Assembly (NCBI GenBank): GCA_973895155.1
Contig: OZ316899.1
Span: 10,877,135-10,941,134 of the forward strand
Direction: 5' to 3'
DNA: 64,000 nt
Source of the DNA: Marsupella aquatica
Lineage: Eukaryota; Plantae; Marchantiophyta
Shown here piece after piece: positions 13,777 to 26,448 of this stretch (its first letter is position 1; every line of letters begins with the position of its first letter). Both the position numbers and the translations under genes were made by a program. The notes under the pieces were generated by a model. The model searched no databases. It was not told where the DNA came from and worked only from the letters and a program-made list of their open reading frames with translations.

Positions 13777-14566
13777 GTGTAGAATAGGTTAGACTAATAG
13801 GACAAGCCGTAACCAGCTTAGCAAGGATATAAGTCAGCGTAGATTCGGGCATGAGACCAGGCTGGTCCTCAGCCCTTAGTATTTAGCAGCCCCCTGGTAG
13901 AGGCAAGGGGGGGATTTTAGACTCAGAAATTGGCCATTCGCGGTACGCGTGGGGAGTCCCAAACTTGGTGAAGTACCGGAGTGCCAAGGGGAGGGTATAT
14001 GACTAAGCTCGCTGGCAAGTGCGGAGCCGGGCTCCGTTGTAACGTATACTCCTCGGTCTTGGGCCCGTTCGTTCACGAGGTGTCGGGTCAACCAATCGTA
14101 AGTGTATGATCATAAATGAATGAAATCCTTTCCCCTCAATTCCTTCATGTAAATCAAGATTTATGTTTATGTGTAAATGCATGTATGAGTCTTGTGTGCA
14201 AGTATCAATGTCGGGCCAAACACGTTATGCCAAGCATGCACGGGGTGCAGGTTACGGATACGGGGTTGCGAGCCGGGGTTGAGCACTTGTACTAATGGAT
14301 CCAGATCGAAGGCGGTAACACGAAGGCTTAGAAGTCAGTAAGCCGGGGTCGACCCCGTCTTGACTAAGGTACATTCCGGCGGCGGAACACAAACTATACC
14401 TAGGAGGTGTCTATACATAACAGTAAGCGCACTTAGCACTAGTTTACGTGAGTTAGGAGCATTCCGTGCGTCCCTCCCTGCCCGAACCCTCATATTTACG
14501 AACGATGTGCCTGTCTAAGCCAAAGCCTGGGTTAAGGCCTAGCTAGGCTGACGACGTGACACCAGT

Positions 14567-15898
14567 GCCAGAGGTAAGTGGCAAGGGGAAGGGGAAGGGA
14601 CCAGCTACCGAACCAGGAAAGAAGAAGAAGCAAAAACCTTATGGGTCAGGGAGTAACACGACTTCTCAAGCAGTCGTGACCACGGAGGAGAACCCAGCAC
14701 CAACCTTAGGCAGGCTCATGGTAGAGGATCCAACTGCCCTAGAAGGCGGGGATGGCAAAGCCGAGGCCAGGATACTCAGTGATGAAGCCGGGGTACCGGA
14801 TCCACCACTTGAGCATGTCGGGGAGGCCGTAGCCATATTAGAGGCCATGGCCAATGCTGAGGCCAAAGCCGAGAGTGGACCCGGTCAGGCCGCGGGTGAG
14901 TTGACTGGGTCTAGGGCAGGTAATCTGTCAGAAGACGGACCTATGGCAGTGGCTGTGGAGGAAGCGTTGGGGGCGTCCATTGAGGATCAGCCACCGCTAC
15001 CATGACGGTGGTAAAGGGCCGCTCCTTTTAAGGAGGGCGGACATGGAGGGAGGAGGCATGAGTGGGCAGGGCGGGCTCAGATCTCCAAGTTTAGAATTAC
15101 GATCAAGACCAAGAGGCGGCCTTGACACTTAGATTAGTGGGATTGCAGATCCATTGGTAAGAGCAACACTTGTGCTCTTGCCTCGTTGTACATAGGTAGA
15201 TTACAGATAGGATAGATTACGCTTACGCTGCAAGGAATTAGGCGGATCCACTGCCAGGATAAGTACCTGGGCAGCAGGGAGTTCAGGGCCTTCTTCCTTA
15301 GCAAGTTTTTAGTGCACCAGCAGGGCTGGGATCAAGTAGTAAAAGAAGCTCTCGGTTAGTTATATTGTGACCCTTGTGTATATTCATGTTTCCTCATGCC
15401 TAAGAGATGAATAGAGTTGGCCTCACGGCTTAGTTCGCAAATCTTGTGTATGAGAAGTACTGTTTGTATGCAAGTGCATGGTATAACTCAGTCAAAAGGA
15501 GTCATTTTGCTATTTGTGTGTCGCATTAACTTGTTTGAAGATTGCCCACATCAACCAAGAGAAGGGAGTAAGCAAGGTAGTAAGAGTTGGATGTGTCGAG
15601 TTGAGAGAGGTCTTAGCGGCTTACCCAAGCCAGTTGGGGATCATTTCGGCGGCGGAATCCAAACATACCTAAAGGAAGACCACGAGAGGAAGACAAGGGA
15701 AGGCATAGAATAGGCCGACTACGTATCTCATGACCCGATGAAGGATCTGTCTAGTATATGTGTGTAAAATGTTAGTAGAGAGTTAGCAGCGTCCCATGCT
15801 GCTAAGCCGCAAAACCGGCCTCACCGAGAGCGAAACCTGTGGGAATCGGCTTGTGTAGGGGGGTTTCTTGGGTTTAGGAAGCCATGGGACGCATCACA
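14567..15898 (+). mobile_element. 3' part of family C long LTR (end of coiled-coil ORF plus LTR end)
   Basis: Reverse-complement match to 44028-~45100. Ends GGGACGCATCACA. Confidence 0.85.
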
Positions 15899-17523
15899 TG
15901 TACTAGCTTTGTCCCACTTTGGGTGACTTAACGGCTCACTCAAACGGTAAGGCTAAGTGGCTCCCCTTAATGACTTAAGTCCCCTAATTTGGTAAAGTGG
16001 CACTAAACTTCACTTTGGGAGTGACTTTGGAGTGTTTGCCATCGTCATTGGACTTAGAATGTGAGGGGTCCAAGGTTTGGGGTTTTACATAGGGTTTTCC
16101 TATTTCGTGTTGCCCACTTTTGCCACCATTGCAAACTTCCCTTCTCTCGCGTAATGTGCTTGTTTTCTCTCAAGGAGCAGAGTTCACGCAATTGCAGTGA
16201 TCGCTCCTTGGGCTTGCAATCTACATTGTGAAGCTGCATTCTTGCTTGATCTGTTTAAGGACATTTAGGTTTTGGCTGGTAGGGCAAAGAAGGGCGTGGC
16301 TGCTGCAACCTTTGTGAGGAGCTGGTTGGAGTTTGAGGAGTCGGAGGTTGGGGTTTCTTCAAGGTGACGGATGACAGTCTTGGTTGTGGTCTTTTCCCTT
16401 TTGCTGCACCCACACCCAGCATTGGGAGGCCATGAGGATTGCTGGGAGGTCCTTCAGTTGTCAAGAGGTCATCAAGTTGAGTGCCTACCATTGTTGGCTG
16501 GAGAAGCGAATGGTTTTTGTGGAACGACGGTGATAGCTTGCGGATAGATTTTTCTGGCTAGTGATCGAAGCACTTGCATTTGGACCCACTCTTTTCCGTC
16601 CCACAACTTCGAAGAGCACGGAGGACTTTAGCTATGGCAGTATTCACTGTACCTCCTAACACGATTGCATTTGTTTTGCAGGCTACTCGTGCAGGAGCAA
16701 AAATTGGTACATAGTTGAAACCCTGTGACTACGACTAAGCCTTTTTCATTGTGGCTAAGACCTGTGACTAATTGTATATACACTATGATACATGTTCCCA
16801 ACAAGGAATTACAATAGAACTCGTAGGATTTGTAGAGTCCGCATGTGTGCTCACTATGTGGGTTGTTTGCATTGCTATACATAGGTCGGGTGTCCCAACG
16901 TGATCGACATCAGTTGCGGCTTAGTCCACCTCAAGTGCTTGCGGACTTCATGTAAGTTGGGCTGCTGTTGTAAGCAATTGGTGTTTGGTTGATTGATTAG
17001 TGGCTAGGCTTTTCAGTTCCGGACTTGGATTAGCTACGGTAGCTGCGGAATCATCATAATCTTTCCACACAAGCTCCTTGCTTTTGCACAATGTGGGAAT
17101 CCATATTTTCATAGTGCTTGCTCTTGCAAACTGGGAGCCAAGAGTTTGGAGTCGGGAGCTGAGAAGGGTATTGTTAGGCTTCAATTACTCTATATAAGTG
17201 ATTTCACTAATTCTGGAAATTCTTTTTTCCAAAGTGGCTTGGTAAAATTTCCAAATTAAATAAATACATTATCCAACAACCTTAAATGAAGTTTCCAAAA
17301 CTTGGAACTGGAATTTCTAGAACACTCTTTCAAGTTTCCTAAACACCAGTTGAAATTTCCAAATCCATGTCAAATACATTTTTGGCGTACAAATTTGGTG
17401 GAGAATAGTCACATGAGTAATGTCACATTTTCATTGTCACCCACTAACGGGAACCATACAGAAGTCCATATCAATTGTTTACTTGTAATAGGCCTCCCCT
17501 CAATGTTACAAGTCTCCAAATTT

Positions 17524-18591
17524 TTAAATAACGATCATTGAATGTGTGTTGCTACAAAACATATTTGAGCAAGTAAGTCTACTTCCTGACTTATCAACCT
17601 TTCTATCTCGGTTGCAAGCGTCTTTAGGATACAAGTTTTTAAACTTAGAAGTAAGGTCCCTAGTTTTTAGGACTTCCCAAACAAATTGCCGCTTATTTTG
17701 CAAATATGGGCCGGAATAACCATCTCCAAGTAGACCTTTAGCAATTGAATTGATGTCACGGTCACTCATATCTTGCACCGGTGGCAAACTTTGCACGGTA
17801 TGATTCACTTCCCAGGAAATCTTGTCTGCTGTGTGATCAAGGACAGTGAAATTATCGACGATGCCAGCAACACGGTGCCCCCAGGCTTGAGTGAGTCCTG
17901 CAAAGATATCACCATGCCTCCTTTGGGCTTCACCCTTATTGTAGGTGGACCATTTTGGGTAGTTAACATTCAGAAAGTGTCTTACATCAAAAGCATTGTG
18001 CATTCTTTGAAGAAGTGGAAGCAATATCTCCATCAAAAAAGTGTCGCCTCCCATTTTGTGAACAAATGGAACTGGAAACAATGTGTTAACATTTGGATTT
18101 GCAAAACACTTCAGAGGAGAGTCATCGATGAGAATAGTATTTGTCGGACCATATCTATTGCCAAAACAATCCCAAACAGTTTGGATTTCCTTGAGAAGTA
18201 TGTTTGCCTTCCCATCCATAATATCCGACCTCAAAAAGCCAGTGTCAAACGTTTCTTCTTGGGTGAATACAAACTTGAACTGCTTTTGTTCAACATTGTT
18301 GAAAACAAGATCCATCATTTCATTTGTTCTCGGCCTTCCCGCGCAAGTCCAAATCGTGACATCGTAATACCTGAAAATCACTTGTAAAAATTTGTGAAGT
18401 CCTAGACGCTCCACATACATAAATGTGTTCCCGCCCCGTCTTCCCCAGTGAACGTCCCTCATAGATGTGAGCCTCCGAAATGGTCCGGAGCTTTTACTCT
18501 TTACGGAATCAAAACAAACCTTATTAAGGTCAAAAATCAAGAGCTTTCGCTTGATCTCTGAGTGGAGTTTGGGAACAAACTCTGCAAACAT
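17524..18591 (-). CDS. FCP1/NIF-like HAD phosphatase domain, probably the C-terminal module of the cargo polyprotein
   Basis: LLIFDLN, ER.GLHKFL, VTIWTCA and NTILIDDSPLKC.ANP motifs in a 355-aa open frame. Confidence 0.85.
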   Translation of the reverse strand: MFAEFVPKLHSEIKRKLLIFDLNKVCFDSVKSKSSGPFRRLTSMRDVHWGRRGGNTFMYVERLGLHKFLQVIFRYYDVTIWTCAGRPRTNEMMDLVFNNVEQKQFKFVFTQEETFDTGFLRSDIMDGKANILLKEIQTVWDCFGNRYGPTNTILIDDSPLKCFANPNVNTLFPVPFVHKMGGDTFLMEILLPLLQRMHNAFDVRHFLNVNYPKWSTYNKGEAQRRHGDIFAGLTQAWGHRVAGIVDNFTVLDHTADKISWEVNHTVQSLPPVQDMSDRDINSIAKGLLGDGYSGPYLQNKRQFVWEVLKTRDLTSKFKNLYPKDACNRDRKVDKSGSRLTCSNMFCSNTHSMIVI

Positions 18592-18692
18592 AAAAATATT
18601 GAATCCGGATGGTTAGTCATTGGAACAGTCTTGACCAAAGACCATTTGAAGTCAAGTCAGTCCTTGAAATCAAATACCCCGTCTATCACCCT

Positions 18693-19916
18693 CTACACGC
18701 GTCTTGTGCAGAAATCACTGTATTGTGGAGGAAAGCTCAATCTATTCCTGAATAGACTTAAAATGAATTCTCTCCTCTCCAAATCTATGTCCTCTGCTGT
18801 GAAATCAAAAGGAAAGTCCAAACTATGGTAGTTCGCAAACTTCATAATGAACACACCACAATTATAGTAATCAGTTTGTCTTGGGATGTCCTTGGGACTA
18901 TGTTTTGGCCATAGAGTAGCTAAGACTTGCTTGTGACTTCTGCTTTGAATTTCATCCTTGACATATTTGGCTAAGTTTTCAAGAACCTCTGGCCTGTTGT
19001 TATGCAGAGAATCGAGATATTCTAAATACTTGTGTTCCATGTCAATCACAACTAACGCCCAATGATCGCCACCTTCGTGAATGGGGACAAATATTCGATG
19101 ACAATCAATTAAGAAATATTTCAGTCGTGAAGTCCAAGCCTCCACGGATCGGTAAGAGTAGCCATTCGACATCAGTGCAGTATAGAACCAAGTGTCAAAC
19201 ACATGGCACTTCAGAAGCTCCCTGTTGGAATGTTCATTCCTCTCCACTATGAGACTTAAGTAGGCATTTAGAATATCGGAACTTATCCAATTTCTAGGAC
19301 TCAGGCACCTCATCTGTCCATGAGTTATTAGGCACCCATTAGTCCTGACTAGAACCGCATCCTGATCCAACAGATCACTGAGGCAATTGTCAATCCTCGT
19401 TTTGTTATCCATTGGATCCGGAGACGGGAGAGGACATTTGTTTATGTTTAGAACTTTATGACTTGAGACAAGAGAGAGAAAATTGGCACCTGCCTCATTG
19501 GTTGCCTCCGCACGATCGACTCGCCTCTCTGACACCTCAGGAAGATTTGCTGTGAGAGAAAATGAGTTATCATTCTCTCCTATTACTTCAGTGCTACGAG
19601 AGTTAACATTGTCATCACATTGAAATTCAATCGGAGTGTGATCTTTTTCCACAATCCCAACCTCCTCCACAACAATCTCTTTTAAGGATCCACAATCCAC
19701 CACCCCCTTCTCGACATCCTCAAGTGTAGTTTTTGCCTCACAATCATAAAAAACTGGGCCACTTGGAAGAACTGAACCATCAACCAGAAGAGATTGCTCA
19801 ACACCTCTGTTGCACTCTAACCCTGGAGGGTCAAACAAATTTTGAGGATCTACACGATACGTGTGTAGGGAGACATCATCCACAACATCTTTCAGAGTTT
19901 CGTTGAACGCAATCAA
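18693..19916 (-). CDS. Ulp1/SENP (peptidase C48) SUMO protease domain with acidic linker
   Basis: WISSDILNAYL, VPIH...HWALVVID, YLDSL and PRQTDYYNCGVF. Catalytic H, D, Q and C are all present. Confidence 0.93.
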   Translation of the reverse strand: MIAFNETLKDVVDDVSLHTYRVDPQNLFDPPGLECNRGVEQSLLVDGSVLPSGPVFYDCEAKTTLEDVEKGVVDCGSLKEIVVEEVGIVEKDHTPIEFQCDDNVNSRSTEVIGENDNSFSLTANLPEVSERRVDRAEATNEAGANFLSLVSSHKVLNINKCPLPSPDPMDNKTRIDNCLSDLLDQDAVLVRTNGCLITHGQMRCLSPRNWISSDILNAYLSLIVERNEHSNRELLKCHVFDTWFYTALMSNGYSYRSVEAWTSRLKYFLIDCHRIFVPIHEGGDHWALVVIDMEHKYLEYLDSLHNNRPEVLENLAKYVKDEIQSRSHKQVLATLWPKHSPKDIPRQTDYYNCGVFIMKFANYHSLDFPFDFTAEDIDLERREFILSLFRNRLSFPPQYSDFCTRRV

Positions 19917-21010
19917 CCCGTGCCCGCCTGTAAGTTTTCAGAATTATCTGCCAAACCATACCCTCCTTTAGCCATTAGAAGAGGAAATCCTTCACGACTT
20001 GCAATTGGAACGACTGATGGACCAATTCTCATCTCCCCAATGGAACTTAGAAACTTTTCCTCCGCTTCCACCCCGGCGTAATGTAAAACTGTACCGGCAA
20101 TCTGATAATGCTGGCCCTCTTTTGCTCCACTAGCATTGGAGTTCTGAGTCGAACTCCCTTCAAGGCCAGGAGGTTTCCACAATGATTTGGCAAACTGTGC
20201 AACCGGAACTAACAATTTAAGATTCTCTGCATAAGCCGTGAGGTCAGAGACATCCTCACGGTCAGAGCAGAATGAAAAACACTCACGCTCAAGCATCAAT
20301 GCATTCTTCAGTACCTGCCCTCCTGTGAAAAAATCCAGGACAATTTCCTCCCTCAAAGAAAATGCATGAATAAAGCTCTATAGGATGCGACTGGGCTTAA
20401 TATTCAATGTGAATGGCCGTCCAGTCGTCAATTTGAAAGGAACAAGGCCTTCAAGTCGTGAGATCAATGTGTCCCTTTTTTTCTCTTGCATATCTTCCTT
20501 TTGAAATATTGGAATAATCCTCTCGACTTGGCTGGATTGTCTCCTCGAGGTCGGACTCCTCCAACACAAAGTGACCGGTAAAATCCTTGAAATGCTTTTC
20601 CCAATCAGGAACCCAATCTTGGGAGACGCCAAGGAAAAGAACCATGTCCGCATTGCCTCTCATGTGTTGCGAAGGAGCATTAACCAAAGAACTCCTCATG
20701 AACAAACCATATTCAAGGTGCGCATTATAGTTCTCCGGGAGATCTCGAACAGCTTCAATTATTCTTGCAAGAATAATACTAGGACGAACAAAAAAACAAC
20801 TGTTACCAGATCATTTGTTGGGATATTCACGACGATCTTCAAGAAGTTCAAGATTTTGGACTGCGTCCAAACCGGTTTTCCAATATGGGTCAAATCAACA
20901 ATCGCTAGAGATGCCAATATTGACTCCTTGCAGCTAGCCGAATCAAAAGGAGGATCAGCAGATGCGAGCAAATTTCCAGTATAGAAAACTCGGTAAGGAT
21001 CCATCCTTGC
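19913..21010 (-). pseudogene. Beta-class N4/N6 DNA methyltransferase-like domain, degenerate
   Basis: Reading through the TAG at 20378-20380 gives IKPSRIL*SFIHAFSLREEIVLDFFTGGQVLKNALMLERECFSF, resembling motif X-I-II (KP..L...I..FS..GD.VLDPF.GSG). Upstream is RVFYTGNLL..ADPPF..ASLAIVDLT. Confidence 0.62.
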
Positions 21011-24000
21011 GCGGAGATGGCCACCAAACCTCTTTTGGTGAATATTTCTCAACCTATTTTTCAGTGGCTCCGACATCTCTGCTTTTAATGACACCTTCAC
21101 AAGGCTCTTGAAATATCCAGTGTCCTCATCAGTGAAATCATATTGCTGAACTACATCACCCCAAGTTGATCCTTGCGAGAAAACCCCGTCGTACTTCTCC
21201 CGATAGAATTGAAGTATTGCCCCCTTAAGTTTGTCAGTATACTTTGCTTTTCTTGCCAATCCTGACATGGCGGGAAGATCAGTCAAAGCATGTTTCTTTT
21301 TCATCAAAAGCGCCTTTCCCAAATTCACTTTGTGGAGGATTTCCAAGATTTTGGATACTACGGCACCCTCAAAAACCCGGAATGTTGTCCCTGTCAACCG
21401 TTTTGCTTCTTTCAATTTTCGTGTCATTTGTCCGGTTGAATCCAAAAGATTACCCTTGAGCCAATTATTGCAAACCTCTCTCCATAAAGAGTAGAGCTTC
21501 TCTGGAGCAAACAAAATCCAATTGTACTCGCTGATGCTATTCACCTTTAACGTAACTTTTGCAAGTGTTTCATACTCCTGGGAGGAAAGACCAAACAACT
21601 TAAAGTTAGCCAGCTCATAGTTTCGAATCCCAAAATACTGGAAAGGCTCTACACGACTCTCGCGTAGAAAGGAGAGAAGGACAAACTGTCTGAATTTTGT
21701 TCACAACTCTCATGGAGAACCTACCTGAAATTCTGGAGATTTCCGACCCGATGGAAGTGGACGAGTTGGTCGCCCCATATCATTGTATTGCATTCTTGCA
21801 TGTTTCACTTGATCAATAAATGGAGATGAAAACCAATGTGCCTCCGCTTGAAGGTTGTTCGCATGTGAAATTTCCACAAGAACTTTCATCGGAGTTGACC
21901 CTTTGAGAATTTGCGCTCAACGATATCTGAGCAAATTGGCTGTTTGCATGAGAGATGGTTGGGTCTTTGAACTCCGGATAATTTCTTGGCGGCCATTGTG
22001 GAATGTTGACCACTGATGGCAAAGAACTTGAATTCCGCAAGCTTCTTGGTGTCAATATCCTTTCCCGCAAGGTCAATTAAACTTGGTACTCCGTCGATCA
22101 TCTTGTAAGGAACCAAATCTGCAGGTAAAGGTTCTTGCCCTGCATTTGTCATCATCAATTGCGCAAGATGGTTGACATGCTCCTCATTAAGGAGTCTTTC
22201 ATTCATCTTTGCAGGAGGGGGATGGATGTTTTCAACCGGGACAGAAAAAAATTTGGATATCCCGAAACAATACCAAGACTTATTCAACTCCAATGTTTTT
22301 TCTGCAGTCTCCAGACGAGCACGGTCGACAACTAGCTTCGCGGAACTAGGGTTCTTGTCAATATCCACAGCTTCTTGATTTTTCTTTGCTTTCTTGGGCT
22401 TGCGAACGACAGCTTGAGAGGTGATGACAACCTTCTTCTCAACGTTTGGGGCCTTCTTCTCCACGGCTCTGACCATGGGAGTTTTCACAACAATTTCAGC
22501 CGACTCTGTGGTCGTTCCCCTTCGCTTAGGAGGCTTTGCCCTTGATTCCACACCTACTGATTCAACTTCAAGTTTTGCTTTTTTCTTTCCTTTTGGTGAA
22601 GAATCTTTTATGACTCCCTTTCGCTTCAGCGTCCTGATCTCCGGTTCGACCTTTTCAACTTTCTTCCTGACCGACGCAGATTTTTGTCCAACCCGAGACT
22701 TTTGAGACGGTTTCTCCTCCTCAGGTTTTGTTGGTGAAGCAACTTTCTTTGCTTTGCTTGATTTTCGTATTTTGTCCTTGATTCCTTGCGCTTCCTCGAC
22801 AACTTGAATTCTCTTTCGAGAAGACGTTGCCTCTTCTTGTTTATCAATCGGAGATACGTTTTTCCACCTTTCACTTGAGGCACAACTTCGCACTGGTCAG
22901 AAACAAGAACTCTCTTTCGAGATGGTTTCTTGTCTTCTTTTTGTTCTTCCCGTTGAACCTTCTTGCGGCCTGTTTTTGCCGTAGGCGGCTCATCTGCTTG
23001 ATCAACGATCCTCACTCTCTTCCGAGGTAGTTTAGCTTCTTCTTTTGTTTTCTCAAAATCAACCTTCTTCGGGCCTAGTTTCCCTGATGGTGATTTTTTG
23101 TCCACTGCTTTTTTCTTCCAACTGGGTGTGGATGACTCTGACACGACACCAGCTTTCCCCTTCTTGGGCAAAACTCCCTTTGAAGTCTTTGCGTATCGCT
23201 TCTCTGTTGGAGGCTTTGTTGGGGGGATGACCTCATTTTGTTGAATTTCCCCACTCTCAACATCATCGTTGGTTGGTTCAACTCCACCTTCTAAACTTGT
23301 TGACTCTGACTCATTCTCTGACCCCGCCCGATTCTGAAAAGTCTTCTTGCTCTCTTCTTGGACACTTCCCTCCTCTCCGTCATCCTCATTTTTGGACTCA
23401 TAGACTGATATTGTTTCATGGGACTTTCTCTCTCCAGAGGCGGACGAGTCATCGTCGAAGGAGTCATCCTTGTCCTTTCCCTCCCCATCATCATCGTCAA
23501 TCTCTTTTCCACCAGCTTCTTTCTTCTTTGGGCGTACCAAGTCTTGGATTACTGGATGTCCTCGAATCCATTCCTCCACCTTTGTCTCAGTGAAGTGTTT
23601 CATGAACACAACATTCGGAGAAATAGTCATCTTTCTCCTCCAATCATCGTCTGGGATCTTCATCCGCATTATGTGATCCACCTCTTGTGTCTGAGAGATA
23701 AAATATTCCGACTACTTCATGACATAGGACACCCGTCCAAGCCCCATAATTATTTCATCAGCCGTAAAGACCCGATCAGGTGAGAGCCATCTATCCGCCA
23801 AAGGATCAAAGAAACCGCATGAGACAACATTTGTGTCCTGGTTGTAAGGTTCAAGACAATGTGCTGAGAAAAACCCATGAAGTGGAGCAACCATCTGCTT
23901 GAAATTCCAAGAACTCTCAGACTCCAATGTCAGCAGAAGAGATGGGTTGTCCTTTGGGGACGCAAATCTCGTACAGTCTGCGAGAGTGCCAAAACTCACA

Positions 24001-24176
24001 AAGTTTCTTCGTCCATTTTCTATTTTAACTCCCCTCACAATCAAACGGTAGTTGCCTTTGACTGGTTGCAATTCAAAAGACCATGAATTCAGTCGCCAAA
24101 ATATTCTCAAGTTTTGCGACCGTTGGAGTTTCAATCCGAAGCCTATCAAAACGGAAATAAACAGAGCAAACTCCTA
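21010..24176 (-). pseudogene. N-terminal part of cargo gene: acidic/basic linker, ParB/Srx-like domain and helical region; intron 21638-21724
   Basis: NERLLNEEHVNHLAQLM..EPLPA..FFAISGQHSTMAAK resembles the ParB GxxR box. The GT-AG intron joins SPEFQ|YFGIRN in frame with 20759..21598. Several frameshifts. Confidence 0.6.
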
Positions 24177-25387
24177 GAAGACAAGGAGAAATATGTCAAA
24201 CATCTACACGACACTCGCGTAGAAAACAAAGTGAGCCGACAAACTGTTGATTCATTATAAACAAAATGATGTGAAAACATCCTTTACAAAATGGCCTCTT
24301 TGGCGTGTAAACGGTCCCGCAAAAGATGACTATTAGAACTTTGGAGATAGTCTTATGAGCCATTTGAGCTCATCATGATTTGGAGTCAAGACATTGTCCA
24401 GATTTAAGAAAACAATCCGATCCGATAGAAACATAAGAGAACCCTAACTCAAAGTATGCGCACACATGTGGCCATGAAGGCAACAATTTATTTTTTCCAA
24501 TTCAATCCATCGCACTTTGGTATCCAATTGTCTTTCCCTCTCTCGGCCATCGGCCAGTTCCTGTTGCAAGTCATGAACTTGATGATCTCAGAACTTCTCC
24601 ATCTCAAGAGAAGCTTTCATGGACTTTGCCGCTACGTCGCAAGTAGTCAAATGCTGGATCTGTGCCCATCGATACTTTGCAAACATCTGCTCCTGCTCGT
24701 ATTCTATTGCTTCCTTTTCATCCTCCAACGCTTTTTGGAGAATGGAATTCTCCATCAAACTCATATCAAAAGCATAAATACTTTTTTGTAACAATCCCTC
24801 AATCTTCTCAAAATCGTCCTTGCGATGAGCGCCTTTCTCTAGAAAAGTTGAACAAACAAAGTCACATGAACAATGTTTTGATTCCATATGGTACTATCTC
24901 CGAACGAGGATTCTACACGACAGTCGCGTAGAAAACCTGAGTTTCTACACGATAGTCGTGTAAAAATCCATTATCTTCCAAGATTGGAGAAACGGTTCCA
25001 CGCAAGACTCGCGTAGAACTAAACAGGAAATTCTAAATTCTGACATAAGGGCTCTCAAATAGAGATTATGGGTCAATGAAAGAGACCCATTCTACATGAC
25101 TCTCGTGTAGAGCAGACTCAAGTTTAGTACAATCCATAGAAAACAGAGAAATGTAGGTCAGAATTACCTTTGAGCTTCCTCAATGCATCCAGAGCAAGTA
25201 ATCCGGCGTCATTTTCTACCAAAGAAGTCGTCATTCCCTTCGCACGTGCAAACTCCTCCATGACAATGTCAAGGACCGACGAGTTGAGCAAAAACAAATA
25301 GAAAACACAAATGATCCAAGGCCCGAGGTCCAAGGTCCTTTTATAGTCCGAGACGAGCGTGAAAGAGCGTATCGTCCGAGGCGAGTG

Positions 25388-25545
25388 TGAAAGAGCGTGA
25401 AACAATCTGAGGGCCAAGCATGAAAGAGCGTGAAACAATCTGAGGGCCAAGCGTGAGAGAGAGAGAGAGAGCAAGAGAGAAAGAGAGAGAACGAGAGAGA
25501 AAGAGAGAGAGAGCGCGTGATTGAGAGAGAAAGAGAATGAGAGCG
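25388..25545. repeat. ~33-bp tandem duplication followed by an imperfect (GA)n tract
   Basis: GAAAGAGCGTGAAACAATCTGAGGGCCAAGC twice, then a GAGAGA run. Confidence 0.85.
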
Positions 25546-26448
25546 GCAGCGAGCTGGAAAGCAACATATACCCCTTCTGGGTGGAATACTGTCAAACAAT
25601 GATTGCGGTTGCTACCCGGCTGCCAAACCTGACACTCGGGATCTGGTGGAGGACGTGTCACTAACATGGCGAACCACCGCCCGCCACCAAACCAATCTGC
25701 ATTTATGGAAACGGCTGCTCACCACACACCATGCCGCCACAAAATTCTACCAGGTATTATGGGTTTAGAGTGATCGTAATAATAATGCCTGAAATGAGTA
25801 GTCGAGAGCATTTAGGTACTAGGGAAAATCTGAGAGTTTGCGTAGGCCTATTCCTGTCGAATGTGCTTCGTGCAGGACACGAGGTAAGGGCTTCGTGAAT
25901 AGATCAGCGTGATTGTCTTTAGAAGGTATCCATTGAACGTTAATCTGATCGCCGTGCTGTTCATGTGTATGGAAGAATTTAGGTGCTATGTGCTTAATTC
26001 GATCTCCCTTGATAAATCCTTTAGCAATTTGGTCAACGCAGGGTCTGTTATCTTCGTAGATGATTGTTGGTTTGGTGAGGACTTCTTGACCGGTGGAGAT
26101 CTTGTATGGTTATAGTTCATACACCAACAACACAAGGATAATCTTTTCATGAGCCAATGTGGCTTATAAGGTGTTACACATTGGATGGTTATAACTACCT
26201 TCTCCTAGTCTCATGACTCTCTATATCTAGTCCCTATATACCCCTTTGTATCACTCTATGAGTTAGGGTTAAGTGTATTCTAACACATTCAACTTTTTAG
26301 ATGACTGTCTTCATTTCTTGTTTAAACTGGATTTGAATTTTCAGTTCTGTGATATTTGCTTACATTAGAGTTAGAGATTTTCACATGAGCCTCGTGTAGG
26401 ATGTTTTAAAAGATGTTTTTGTTGCAAATGTTTTTCCTCAGATCCAAA

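Larger units (their letters stand above)
2725..14561 (+). mobile_element. Solo LTR of gypsy family B (~4 kb net), TSD CCAGT, with a nested gypsy element and a MITE
   Basis: Starts TGTGA and ends TGACA. CCAGT at 2720-2724 and 14562-14566. Colinear with the reverse complement of 29838-33818. Confidence 0.88.

Noticed and set aside
17200-17360. Heat-shock-element-like GAA/TTC runs
   Set aside because: Mostly two-unit matches in AT-rich DNA, which are expected by chance.
25124-25667. Leu/Ser-rich ORFs
   Set aside because: They are largely translations of the (GA)n tract.
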